Assembly (NCBI RefSeq): GCF_040938485.1
Contig: NW_027270892.1
Span: forward strand, 1,116,001-1,180,000
Reading direction: 5' to 3'
DNA length: 64,000 nt
Source of the DNA: Diadema antillarum
Taxonomy: Eukaryota
The translations under genes and the position numbers were made by a program. Numbering within the stretch: the stretch's first letter is position 1; each line of letters starts with the position of its first letter. Shown piece by piece: positions 40,001 through 53,900 of this stretch. Below the pieces are notes generated by a model. It ran no database searches. It was not told the origin of the DNA and saw nothing but the letters and a program-made list of their open reading frames with translations.

Positions 40001-41446
40001 CAGTCCCCAAATTGCCGTTTGTAGCTATAATTTTTCGCTTTGGAAATTAAGGGGGGGGGCGCACCAGGCGCAACTGCCGGCAATTACTGGCAGCAACTTC
40101 AGGAGAATGACATTACGACTAAATGCGAGCGAGAGGAGCGAGCGAGCTTGAAAATGTTGACATTTTACTGTCCAAAAACTGCCGTTTGAAGCTATATTAT
40201 CATTTTTTTCGCTTTGGAAATTAAAGTGGGGGGGGGGGGGGGCGGACGCCCGGTGCGCCCGGTGCGCCTCTCCCCCTGGATCCGCCACTGGTAGTCAAGG
40301 GTGTGGGTTTATGTTCATGACTGGGGGAGGTATGACCAGCGAGGTGGCGTCGAAGTGACCAAGCGGGGAAAGGATGTCCAAAATCTGCACTTTAGAGCAT
40401 CCCCTAAACTAATTGTGCGTGTTTGTTTGTGTGTGTGTATTATATGTACATGGAAAAGTTAGGAATTAGCCCAGGTCAAGTCTTTTTATTGGCAATGCAA
40501 GACATTTTTACATATATAGACTAGTATGTAAAGCAACACTGCAAAAGCAGTGATCTAGCTTTGATATAACGAAGCGTAAGGTACAAAGGTGCTGTACATT
40601 CTACATCACATTGCGCAACATTGTAGCGACTCTTCGTTCGGATGTACTGAGTACACTGCGCACATCCTGCTTATATGCAGAATGCCAACCAGGAATCACG
40701 CTGAATCACAATCTTTTGTCGGGTCCGGGCTTTTTGAACAATGTTTCACACTATATACCTATCTAATTATGGTTAAAAGAAATCATAGAAAAATATCTTA
40801 TTTCTTGATCACCCTTTCATTCAAAAGCAGTTTACTAACACTTGAATTACTATTTCGGTAAGACTGCTTTTGGGTGAAATAATTGGACAGATTTCTTAAA
40901 TTCTAACAAAAAAGCAAGACAATCTTTTCATCGCGGGAATTATGATCATGTGGGGTGGGGCAAATGGTGCGCTTGCCTTCCAATATTTTTATGGGGGCAA
41001 CATTTTTGTTTTATTTCAAAAGCACGAAAATTTCTCATTTCGGGAATTATTAATTATGGGGGGGGGGGGGGCAAAATTAGAATATGCTTGCCCCTCCAAT
41101 ATTTTATGGGGGTAACTTTGTTTTTCGGTCCAAAAAAAAAGATAAGAAAATCTTCTCGTCTCTGGAATTATGGAGGGGGGGGGGGGGGACGGGCAAAATA
41201 ATATGCTTGCCCCTCCATTTTTTTCATCTTTTTTTAATGAGGCTAAGGCTCGCTCTTGGGCTGGCAATATGGATTGGTCAGAAGTAATGTACATAGACCC
41301 TACTATAAGTAGCACACGTACATGCAAACGTGTATAAGTGCTCGGTATCGTAGGGATGTACAGTACGGTCGATAAATAGTAAACACTGTAGAATACTAAT
41401 AGATATGTATAAAATCAGTGCTGCCAGAACCAGGGGTGCGAATTGA

Positions 41447-41483
<37 letters not shown>

Positions 41484-41553
41484 GGTGCAAAATATAAAAA
41501 AAAAATAGAAAAGAGTAATTATTTAGCGTCCGGCGTTGAGGTCGCTCGCAGAC

Positions 41554-41596
<43 letters not shown>

Positions 41597-44500
41597 GATC
41601 TGAAGGGGGGTGCGTTCGCACCCAACGCACCCCCCCTGGTGACGCCCATGTGTATATAGGTATCACATTTCATATTTCCATAAAATTTGAATTTTGAGTT
41701 TGTGGATTAACAAGATACTACAAGCAAAACCTGTGTGAAAGAGTCAAACTGACACAAAATAAGAGGGTAATCTTTGGAAACACTTTTTTTGGGTGTAATT
41801 ATCGCTATTTTATATATCATGTGATGCCTATGTCACATGAAAAATAAAGGAAATAATAAATAAACCATTTTAGGGCCATTCACAAACATAATTGCTTCAT
41901 ATTTGCTCCTTCAGCAAATCACAGCTAAGAAAACCCCATTATATTATCCACTATTGTATTGTCAATTAAAATTGAAAAAAAAAACCCACGGAAAATCTGA
42001 ATGACATGGTTGTCAGTTTACGGTTGCCATGGCAACTAGAAATATCGGACATAGCTAAATTATGTATCAAAATGTTTGCAATAAGATTTTGAGGAACGTC
42101 ACTAAAATTTGGTTGAATTTGAGTGAAGTATGTAGGATTGACAAATGAAAATGGTAGGAGGCACAATGTGCCCCCCGCACTTGGGCTTTAATTAAAGGTT
42201 TAACACAGTTAATCTGTGGGACTTTAACCTGTTTTTGCATCTGGGATTCAAAGGCTGTTAATCAATACATGCGAAAAAAAAATTACAGCTGCAACTGATC
42301 CAACGTATGATAAAGGCCGTATCTCGATCACCAACGGAGACGTCTCAAACATAAAAATGGCTTGCGATCTCACCAAGGAGATGTCTCTGAGACGTCTCAG
42401 AGACATCTGAAGAAGAAGAAGAAGAAAAAAAAAGAAAATCGCATAGCATGGTTTTGCAGTACAGCTAGAAATAGCGGTTTTGATCAACATGTCTGATTTT
42501 TAGTTTTTGACCGTTATTTTCAGAAAGAAATTATATTTCTTCTTGTATGTCGTGAAATTTGGGGATATAACACAAATGGGAAGTAAAGTTTTAAGCAGAT
42601 CTTCGAGAAACATTTTTCAGTCTGTGATAAGTTTTCTAAAATGAGTGGGAAAACAAGTCAACATAGACTGATTCTAGTAACTGTCCTGTCATGAACAATA
42701 CTAACTTTTGAAAAGAGAAAGCCATGACCCCAAAAGCTATGAATAATCATCATGAGAGTGTTTAAATATTGTACTAAATTTCAGGTTGATCTGATAAACC
42801 CTTCACAATGGTTTCTATAGAGGTTATGTCCTATTTTGGCATACCAGCTCCCAACACAATGCCTCAAAAGCTTGGGTTCTCTTCCCGTTTTCGCTGAACC
42901 TAGTAATTTTAGGTCCTAAAGCTAAAAATCTCCTTGTAGAATTTGATATTAACTAAAAAAAAATTATGTCTGGCGCTGTTTGGTTGGTTTTGAGATGCAC
43001 GCTCACATTTTATTCGCCTTATTACATAAATGGATTTTGTTGAATTTACATTTTATTGAAATATATACAGTAACACATAAAATTGAATGCATATTATTTT
43101 ACTATGTTTCACACAAATTATCCATTGTAACGCAAATGAATGTATATGGAATTTAACTATAAACTCACATGTAGGTAGGGGTGCCCTTCAAACATATTTT
43201 TTCTTATAGAGAAGGAAGGATTCAACAGCTGCTCTCTTGAGTAGGCGTTATCTTTGAATTTCTTGTGGTATTTGTCATAAAATTCAGCATGATCCTCCCA
43301 GAGGGCCGCTCTTCTTTCTAGAGATATTGTTTGGCCTATTTGGCCATGTTGGCATCGCATGCGTCCTCAGCAGCCACAGTTTCTACAACAACTTGATCAA
43401 CCTTCTTCTTGCGGCCCCCACTAGCCTTGGATGGCATGTTGGTGGAAGTAATGGCAGGTGTCAAATATGATGGAGCCGTTGCAGGCTCATATCTGACTTG
43501 ATCTAGGCAGGATGTCAGCTCGCAGATGGGTCACGTGGTTTCTAAAGTAGGTCAAACAGTGTTAAATAGAGTCGCGGAGACGTCTCCGCGACCTCTCACC
43601 AGTTTTTCTGGTCTTCAGCAGGTCTCGGCGACGTCTCTGAGACGTCTCTGAGACTTTGCAGAGACATCGCGGAGACGTCTCGGCAGTCGCGGATATGATT
43701 AGTCTCCGCGACGTCTCCGCAACTGATGGAGACGTCTCGGAGACGTCGCGGAGACTTCGCGGAGACTTCGCGGAGACTGGAAAAAGTCTCCCCAAAAATC
43801 GAACATGTTTAAATTTCTTGCGACTCCTCGGAGACTCTGTAATTTTCAGGAGACGTCTCGGAGACGTCTCCGCAACAAGCTAATCTAGTTTCAAGCCCGG
43901 TGAGATACCCCTTAAGTCGGTGAGAAGTTTAGTCAACATCGTTTTGACCCTCGTGAGATATGGGATGCATTGAATAAAAACAAAAAATGTTTCGTCCATT
44001 AAACACGTGACCTATGTTGGCTCTCCCCGCAGAGTTTGCACATTCTTCGATACAATGATTATCTAAATACCAAACAACCTGAAAAAAAAAAGAAAATGTA
44101 TCGTCATTTTGCTTTTTTTTTTGCATGCAAGCGGTACATTGTAAGATTTATAGAATTTATAAACAGAAGAGGAATGAAAAAGGAAAACATACGTCATATC
44201 TATGTCACGGAAAAGTCCACCCAAGTATGTGCGTGGATTAATGTAGCAATTGTATAGTAGGTTTGAGAGTTGGACAATCCGTTCAAAAGTCATGAATTTT
44301 TAAAGTTACTGGATGAGAAGACTACAACCGTTTGTGACGTCACTGCAGGAACGATAAAAAGAAAATAGAGTCCAACATATTTTCATATTTCTAGCAAAAA
44401 AAAGCAACAACAACACACAGTTGACTTACCTCTGTCAGAAAGCAGTGAGGATGATATTACTACCCTTAACATGTATCAGCAATAAGTCGAGGAAAATTAA

Positions 44501-47500
44501 TGTGTACTTTTCATTTAAAAAATGCTGTCTCTCTATGTCTTGCCTTTAGACTCTCACAGCATAGATCAGTCTCAGGTCTGAGCTACTATAGGGCCGGTAA
44601 CGAAGGTTTTGATCGTCTTTCGCAAAAGACAATTGCTGACGTCTTGGAAGAGACTACGGAGGCGCATCCCGATCGCGAGTTCGTGGTGTTCTCCGCAGAC
44701 CAGGTTCGACGGACCTTCCGACAGTTCAAAGATGAGGTAATCTATTCATAGGCTCTATATCTTTGTTTGCATGTTTAAGTATCTCTTTTAATTTATCTTT
44801 TTGTTTGAACTCGTTCTTCAAAGGCTTAAGTGCATTTAGCACAATAGTATATAATACTTTTTTTTACACGCATGTATAAAAAAAACGCCCGAAAAGTAAT
44901 AATTTTAAGAAACACAATTTGATCTTCTTCTTTCTTCTCCTCTTTCTCAGTCCACTACATAGGTAATCTCCTCCTGTCATTCATTCCACGTTTTTTTTTA
45001 CCTTTCCTCTTTCTATAGTGTTTATCACTGTGTCTGTATGTGTGTACTTCGTTTCTGTCTTCCTTCACCTTTTTTTGCCTCGTTTTTATCTGTTTTATAA
45101 CTGGACATCTTTTTTTTTTTTTCAAATGAGGGGACTGCAGGCTACAAGCTCTGCTTTATAAACGTTCCCTCCATTTCCAAACATTTTTTTTTCTGTACTT
45201 CAATTTCAATTTCAATTTATTTTCATACTTCTCAATGAAGGAATGTACAGCAAATATAATAAAAACATAGTGAATCATAATATCCGGCTTGGATGTACAG
45301 TAAATTAATGTAAGAATATAAAACATATAGTGGTCAATCATCGTACGTTTGGTTCTATGTATAACGCTAAAGAAATATGACGGAACCTACTTAAAAGCGA
45401 GCTTGTTAAGCGTAGGTCCCAAATTCTGAACAGAGTGTAAAGATGAGGAGCACGGATGCAACGTAGGACCAAAATAAAGAGAAACAAAAATGAAAGGCAA
45501 AAATACCTGGTGCACTAACAGAATCTTCTCAATACATTAATAGTGATATACAGACAACCACATTCTGCAGATGTAAGAACAGTTGATTTAACAATGTTGA
45601 CAATAGTGTAGTAGTATGATTTGAATAACGGTGAAAAGAGAACAACTCGACATGTGAGTCCTCGGAGGAGATACGGGAAACCTAAAGAGTGAACATACAA
45701 GTACTAACATTCAAAGAAAATTTGGAATTAATTAGAATTACCAGCCAGTATAGCACTAAGGGGAATACAACAAGCCAGCTGTTCACGCGTTCCGAAGTCT
45801 TAGGGTTATCAAAAGGGGTACTGGTGTGAAGGAATTTAAGAGCGCAAACAGAGAGGCTTAGCTGATTTGAATAACAACAACCAACACAGCAGGTAATGGC
45901 ACATAAACAAGAAAGAAGGAACTTTCAATGGACTTACGCAATGTAATTATTCAATAAATTATGTCTTAATTTGTATTTGAAGGTCGACAAAGACAAACAA
46001 CCTGCGAGTTCTATGGGGAGATCGTTCCAGTACTTCGGCCCTGCATACATAATTGTTTTTTTCGCAAAAATGGTTCGGGTACGTGGTAGGTGATAATCGT
46101 CACGTTGGCGGGTGGGATAGTTATGAATAGAGTAATTTCTTTTAAACATATGCAAAAAAATATCAGGAAGATCATTTTTGGATAATTTGTACATGAATAT
46201 CCCTAAATTGTAATAAAACAAATCTGACAATTTCAAAATTTTGTTCCTATGGAAAAATTCATCTGTATGAGATAGATACCCAGTCTTATTAATTATTCTA
46301 ATAGCGCGCTTTTGTAAGAGAAAGAGCGAGTCAAGCAAAGACTGGGTCGTGTTACCCCATGCCAGTATTCCGTAGTTGAGGTAAGGGGAAATCATAGTCC
46401 AGTATATAATTTGCAATATATTGGTGGGGAAGTAATCTTTCAGTTTATTTAGAATTCCTGCATTCCTAGATAAAACTTTGGTTAAAAAGTTGATGTGAGA
46501 CTTCCAAGATAAATCGCTATCAATATATAGTCATAGAAACTTAACACTATCAACCTTCGTTAAATTAATGCCATTAATTTGGACATGACCAGGAATAAAT
46601 TGCAAAGAGTTACTGAACAGCATATAATATGTTTTATCAATGTTTAGTGATAACTTGTTGGCATGAATCCAGGATTGAACAAGTTTCAATTCGCTGTTTA
46701 ACATATGAATAAGCGTATTAGGATTACGATGTGAAAGAAATAAATTTGTGTCATCTGCAAAGCATATAAAAGAAAGAATCTCTGATGAATTTTGGAGGTC
46801 ATTTATGTACAAGATGAATAGTAGCGGGCCGAGTAGGGAACCCTGGGGGACACCACATGTAATTGATTTCATTGAGGACTCATGACCATTAAGATAAACA
46901 TACTGCTTTCTATCAGTAAGATAATCTCTAAACCATTCTAAAGCCGTCCCGCGAATGCCGTAATGGCTTAACTTATAAAGGAGAATATCATGGTCTATCG
47001 TGTCAAAAGCCTTCGAGAAATCAATAAAAATACTTAGTGTCATGATATTTACAAAACTGTACCTGTACTGTATCACATAGTTTGTTTTTCATTGCATTCA
47101 TATCAGTTTGATATAATTTTATGATTACCTTCATTATCATTTGACATCAATGTACATCCGTGGGTGGTATTAAATCGTCATGTGTGTTCGCATAGATGTC
47201 TGTCCTTAGATCGAGGTATATTACATTCACCCTCTGATCATTTTAGCATTGAATATAATACATCATGTATCATTCATAGTACTTTTGCAAAAGAACCATG
47301 ACGCTGCATGATCGCCCCGTACTGTTTCAAATGGCATTCTCAGTTGCAGAGGTACAAAAGGAGACCGCTAGCTACAAGAGTCATCCTTTGCTCGATGAAA
47401 AGAAGAAAAAAGAAAGAAAGATAGAAATACACGACGCTTCTGAGATATTCCGATTCTGAAAACATCAAATCACACAATGCATATTACGTTCAAGTTGATG

Positions 47501-47878
47501 CATACGCATTGTTTACATGCTTGGGACATGAATTCCATCAGGTTAGCAATCATAAATGCCCATGAACAGCGTTTACGGTACACTGCACTTATTTTCAGAC
47601 ATTCTCGCATTGTGCAAGGCTGATGGGATGGGGGGGGGGGGGGGGGCATCACATAGTATTGCGTACCCCTTTTCTTTGCAAACAAACCGAGAAAGGTAAC
47701 ACGCCGATATTCATTATGAACAACATGCATGAAAACGGGTTTAGGAGTGAGACGAGTTAACAATGCAGTCCAGCACATACTACAGACGCCTTTAGGGCTC
47801 CTTGCGATAGCTTTCATCTTTTCATCTATTCATCTATCTATCCATCCATTTATTAATATATCTATCTATCTACTGTAA

Positions 47879-47910
<32 letters not shown>

Positions 47911-50900
47911 AAGGGAGGGAGTGGGAGAAACAGAAAGCCATGATAACTCTAAATGCATGAAAGAAAATGAACACATCGGCTCGTTTGCATTTTGTATATA
48001 GCTGGAATTCGCTTTGCTGACAGGAGCTGTTGTAAGTCAGGTAAACCTCGGTCAAACTTCGGGGTTATGTATCATGAACAGAAAACATAATACAAGGATA
48101 GTGCGCTTAAACTATCTGTGAGCTGATGATCACAATCTGGACCCTTCAATGACATCCCTTCTAGATGATTACATATGGATAATATGAACTTATTTCATGA
48201 TCTTTGCCAGTTTCGGATTTCAATTTTTCAGCTTTTGCCAGGTGGACCAGGCCTCCGAGACTAGAAAACAAAACATTATACCCACTGCGTCTGGGAACGC
48301 GTTGGGTCCAAAGTCTAATAGTCGATCCTATTATTTAGGATCTATTAGGTCGCGAAGTGTTCGGAATATATGGGGAGGGAGGTGTGTATGGAAATTCTAC
48401 CTTTTTACCTTATTTGGAAGAACTCTGTTTGCAAGTTCAACTCACAAGACCTGAATGCTTGAATTTCAATGCAAAACCAGGACACTATTATCATGGGAGA
48501 GAAATGTCGGCGACAATTTATTCCTTGTAATTTGTTTAAGCATGCAACAAACTAATGCACAACTTTTGAATTGAATTGAATTGAATTGCTGAAACTGCAC
48601 TGGTCTCACACTCGAGACACAGTGAACAGTTCCAGCACGTTTATTTTCATATTTCACTTGACATAATAATTATACTGAGGAGAAAAAAAATACAAACAAG
48701 CAAGATACAAAATATGATATAAAGCGGGTTACGACTAGTATGGCAGCATAATACATAATGTACATAAAAGACAATTCTCTATAACATGTGAAATTTAACT
48801 GTGAAGGACCCTCATAAGCAAAGCTTGTAACCGCGGGTTCCTGGAAAAAATACCAGTGTAAATTTGTTTTGCAATGGAGATAGGGCACGAAGTACTAATG
48901 ACGAAACTATATAAAATAAGCTAAAATAGCAAGGTATATAAGGGGCAGAAGAAGTAGAAGAAAAGAGAAAGAAAAAGAAAAAAGAAACAAAAGAAAAGAA
49001 TAAGAACTGAGTGAAAAAATAGCATCTAAATACACAACTATACGAGCATAATATATCTAGAATCAAGTTCATAACGAGCTCAAAGTATGAGTACTAGTGA
49101 GTGCTAGTGTTATGATTATACGGGAGCATAAACGCTGGAACCAGCGAGGTAAAGTGAGCGTATATACACTGCAAATTAATTCGCCATGCATTGAAAGAGG
49201 ATAATGTAAAATTACATGTTAAAAAGATTCTAATGAGGCAAGTTATATAATCATTAAGTATTTGGTATTTGGATGGGTCAGGAGAAACTATATAAGCGTG
49301 TAATAGGAAAATGGCTGTCTGAACCATCATGCGGCGATCAAGGCAAGTACCGCAGTCAGCAGAGATGTATACTCGGACCAATGGAATATATGGAACAAAA
49401 TGATATGTGCATTGTCTGTTTTTCCACGAAACACGGAAATCGATCATATTACTCATCTATCAATAGTGCCATATATTTACATGTATTTGTTCTCTGAATT
49501 ACATTATCATCAAGGAGTACATTCATAGTCCTGGCATTTGGTTCAATTTTATTTACACGTGATGGTGTACCAAGAAATATAAGTTCACACTTCTCCTTAA
49601 AATATTCACGAATAGTTTAAGAGGATAACCAGTGCAATACCAAAACAAGGTCTTTTATTTTAACCGTTTAACAATGTCATCGGGTTTCTTTGCAGAACAA
49701 AATAAACAAGTGTCATCTTCACAAAGTGACAATTCACTATATGCTTAACACTGAAGGCAATTCATTCACATACATATATTATAAGGAAAAGAGGACAGGT
49801 ACAAACAGGAATATCCCTGTGGTACACCACAGTTTATACTTTCCTTATTTGAACAAAACAATACGCACATGTACATTGTGTCCGGTTCGACAGATAATTT
49901 TCAAACCATCTTACAGCATTTTCATCAGAACCATACATTTTTAATATCTTAGTCAGTATACAATGGTTTACAGTGTCAATCATTACTACCCCAACAATAC
50001 TACTGGAGTCAATGGCATCAAACCCACTTTTCTGTTACATTTAACAATGCATCTTGGGTGGAGTGCTTCGGACGAAAGCCAAATTGTTTATTTGTAAGAA
50101 AATGTTTTTCAATCAGTAAGTTTGAAGTTGGTCATAAGCAACTTTCTCTATGATCTTGGCAAAAATCGGGGTCATAGAAATAGGTCTATACGTTGCTGAT
50201 ATCACCTCTGCTGCCTCCCTTGTAAACAGGTGTGACACGAGCCTCCTTCCATTCATCTATGTGCCCTTTTGTATTGCGGATTGGTTTATCAAAAAAGTTA
50301 GCGGAGGAGCTATCAAAGATGCAACGCAGTTCAGAAGTTTGGCCGGTGTATGTTGTCCGGACCCGTGTGCTCGATCAGCAGGTAGTCAATTTAAAGGAGA
50401 CCTTCATTTTTCATACCCTTACATTAATTTTGAACAGCGATAAATTAGTTATACTGAGTACAGAATTTCAGAATTTACAGTGATTGGGATGAGAAATAAG
50501 AATGTTTTCAAAATCTATAACAAATTGCAATGAACAAGGATGATGACATGCAGCCTCACCATAAGAATGCATGAGTTGGGGCTCGAGGAAGCAGAACAAA
50601 AGAAGAAGGCATGCATAGATTATACACAGGTGAACTTGTTAAACAAGCGGTATTGTAATAGAATTACACTGCTATACATTTCTGAAATATATGAGGCTTG
50701 TATGTCATCAACAATGTTCAGAGTAATTTGTTTAAGACTTTTAGAGTATTGGTTTCTCTGCTCAAGAACCACAACAAATTCGACAAATTTATACATGGAG
50801 CTGTCGATTTATATACTACGTGATATGAGATTTTGAAAATCGTCTGGAATGCCCCTTTAACAGGTCAGACACTTTCCTATCATCGACTGTTTTGAGGGAA

Positions 50901-53900
50901 AATTTTGCAACCTTTGCTGTAGAATTACATTTGTTTCGTTGGTTAACGGCTGAATTTTCTTTATCTATTTCCCCCTAAGTTAACAAAATAACGATCAAAC
51001 AAATCGGCTAAACATTAACCACTGGCAATATTATCATTTACATTGATTGAAGTGATTTGTGAGTCTGTTTTCTTTCCCGGTATCACATATACCTCAAAGA
51101 TTGCCAAATTTCTCTTGTACAATTTCCGGCTGTTTCAATCTTATTCAAAAGAAATTAACGTTTGAGTTGCCGTAGTCTGGAAGTCACATAAATTTTCTAA
51201 CTTACTGACTGCCCGTTATGCCATGGGCACGTAGGGCAGCAACAAAAGTCCGCCATTATTGATCCTGTCCATGGCCAGGCGCTGTAGTGTCCCCCAGGTG
51301 TGGTTCAGGTCCCTCATCTCTCTCTCCACAGTTCTTCTCCATGTGTTTTTGGGTCTCCCCCTCTTCCTCCGCCCTTCTGGAGTCCAGTGGAGTGCTGTCT
51401 TGGTAATGTTGTCCTGTTCTTTCCTGAGCACATGACCAATCCATCTCCAGCGCCTTCTTTGGATGATTGTGTCTATGCATTCCATCTGGCATTTATCATA
51501 AAGCTCTTCATTTGTTATCGTATTTGGCCAAAATATACGATAAATTTTCCTCAGTGATTTGTTGTGAAAAACTGACAATTTTTGAATGTCGCTCTTCGTC
51601 ATCCTCCAGCATTCTGATCCATACAGGAGAGTTGAGAGAACACAGCTTTGATAAATCATTAACTTGGTTTTGGTGCTGAACTGCTGAGATTTCCAAATGG
51701 GATTCAGCATAGAGAATGCAGTCCTTGCTTTATTCATGCGGCTTTTAATGTCTACTCCTGCACCTCCATCATGTGTTACTGTACTTCCAAGATAAGTGAA
51801 TTCATCTGTTGTTGGAAGATCTTCTCCATCAGCCTGTATACTTCGAGGGTTTTGTACATTGAGTGTCATTACTTCTGTTTTCCTGTGATTGATCTTCAAA
51901 CCAATTTCTTGTGCAAAGTCAGTTAGGCGGGATGTCTTCTCCTGCATGTGTTGGTGAGTATGAGACACTAGAGCCAGATCTTCCGCAAAGTCTAGGTCCT
52001 CAAGTGTTGAAAGGAGTGTCCACCTAATGCCTCTTTTCTGATTTGCAGTAGTCTGCCTCATTATCCAATCAATGGCTAGGTTGAAGAGTAGTGCAGACAT
52101 AACGCACCCTTGTCTCACCCCAGTCTTCACCTGGAAACTGTAGTTGCTACTTCCAACCTTGCAAGTGAAATTGCTGTAAAAGCTCTTGATGATATCCACT
52201 ACTTGTTGAGGAATGCCGTAGTTTCGTAGAATTTTCCATAAGCTGTCTCGGTGTAAACTGTCAAAAGCTTTTTCGAAGTCAACAAAGTTAATGTACAGCT
52301 GCCTTTGCCATTCTGTGCATTGCTCAATTATGTTGCGCAAGACAAAAATCTGGTCAACGCACCCTCTTTCTCTTCGAAAACCTGCTTGCTCTGGTCTCAG
52401 TTGCTCATCAACAGCCCTTGTCAGCCTCTGAATGATGACTTTTGCTAGTATTTTACTCGGAACAGACAAAAGTGTTATTCCCCGCCAGTTGCTACATTTC
52501 CGGAGTGAGCCTTTCTTAGGGAGTTTGATGATGATCCCTTGTGACCAATCGTCCGGGACTTTCTTTCCTTCCCATATGTCAATGAAAAGTGGATGCAGTA
52601 TGTCAGCAGCCAATTCTGGGTCTGTCTTAAATAACTCAGCATTGAGGTTGTATAATCCTGGTGCCTTTCCATTCTTTAAGGACTTGATTGCATGAATGAT
52701 CTCAGCCCGAGTTGGTGGATTTATGTCGATATCTAGATCACAAACTGCTTCTTGTATATCAGCTTCAGTAATTGGTGTTGGCCTGTTGAGGACTTCTTCA
52801 AAGTGTTCGGCCCATCTGGCATCCTGCTCTGCTTCAGTAGTAAGAAGCTTTCCATCCTTGTCCTCTATTGGTAATTCCGAGGATTTACTGTACTTGCCGC
52901 TAATCATTCTGGTCAGCTTATATTCATTCCCTTGTTCACCAGCCTTTGCAGCCTCTTCTGCCTGACTAGCTAAATTGTCAATAAAGGCTCGTTTATCAGC
53001 TCTTGACTTTCTTTTAACTAATCTGTTCATTTCTTTGTATCTCACTCTAGATCTTTCTTTTAACCTGTCTGATTTTGCAGCCATGCATTGTCTTTTCACT
53101 TCTCTACGCTTCTCTATAGTTTGCCACGTGCCTTCAGTCATCCACTCCTTTCTCTCTCTCTTTGTAGTTCCAAGACATGTTTCACTTGCTTTGTGGTAGG
53201 CCGTTTTGACCCTTTCCCACTCTTTATTGGTCTTATCTTGTTCCTCCTGTGTGTCTTCAAGATCTACTAGGACCTGAAATCTGTTCCTAAGCTCTAACAC
53301 AAATGTGCCTCTAATTCTGAGGTCCTTAAGTTTATCAATGTCATATCTTGGTTGCTTTACTTTGCTAACTCCTGTTTTCCGAAGCTTCACTTGAAACACT
53401 GCTAATACTAGATGGTGGTCACTAGCAGCATCCGCCCCTCTCATGACTCTAACATCTTGAAGCGATCGTCTCCACATACCATTAATCATGATGTGATCAA
53501 TTTGGTTTCTATCCCTGCCATTTGGCGAGTACCACGTCAGCTTGTGAATGTCTTTGTGTTGGAAGAGTGTCCCTCCAATTACTAGATTGTTGAGAGAGCA
53601 GAATTCCACAAGGCGTTCTCCATTTTCATTCATCACCCCACATCCATACCTCCCCATAGCCCTGTCATAGCCTGAGTTGTTGTCTCCAACCTTGGCATTC
53701 AGGTCCCCCATCACAATCTTCATATCATGTCCAAGAGCACTGTCAAGCTCATGTTGCAGTTGCTCATAGAAGGCATCTTTCGTCTCCTCGACGTTGTCGT
53801 TAGTCGGGGCATAACACTGGATAATAGTTGTGTTAATTTGTTTCCCCCTGAGCCTAATCTTCATCATCCTGCTATTCACAGGCTTCCACTCAAGAAGACT

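Noticed and set aside
38417-40260. Regularly spaced repeats resembling a CRISPR array
   Set aside because: Whole ~167-bp units are homologous, there are no unique spacers and no cas genes, and the context is eukaryotic. The ORFs called here (38453-40288) are repeat artefacts.
48241-48454. Good acceptor followed by VDQAS..., possibly a duplicate of ACSF2 exon 3
   Set aside because: Similarity ends after 2-3 residues and there is no suitable donor.
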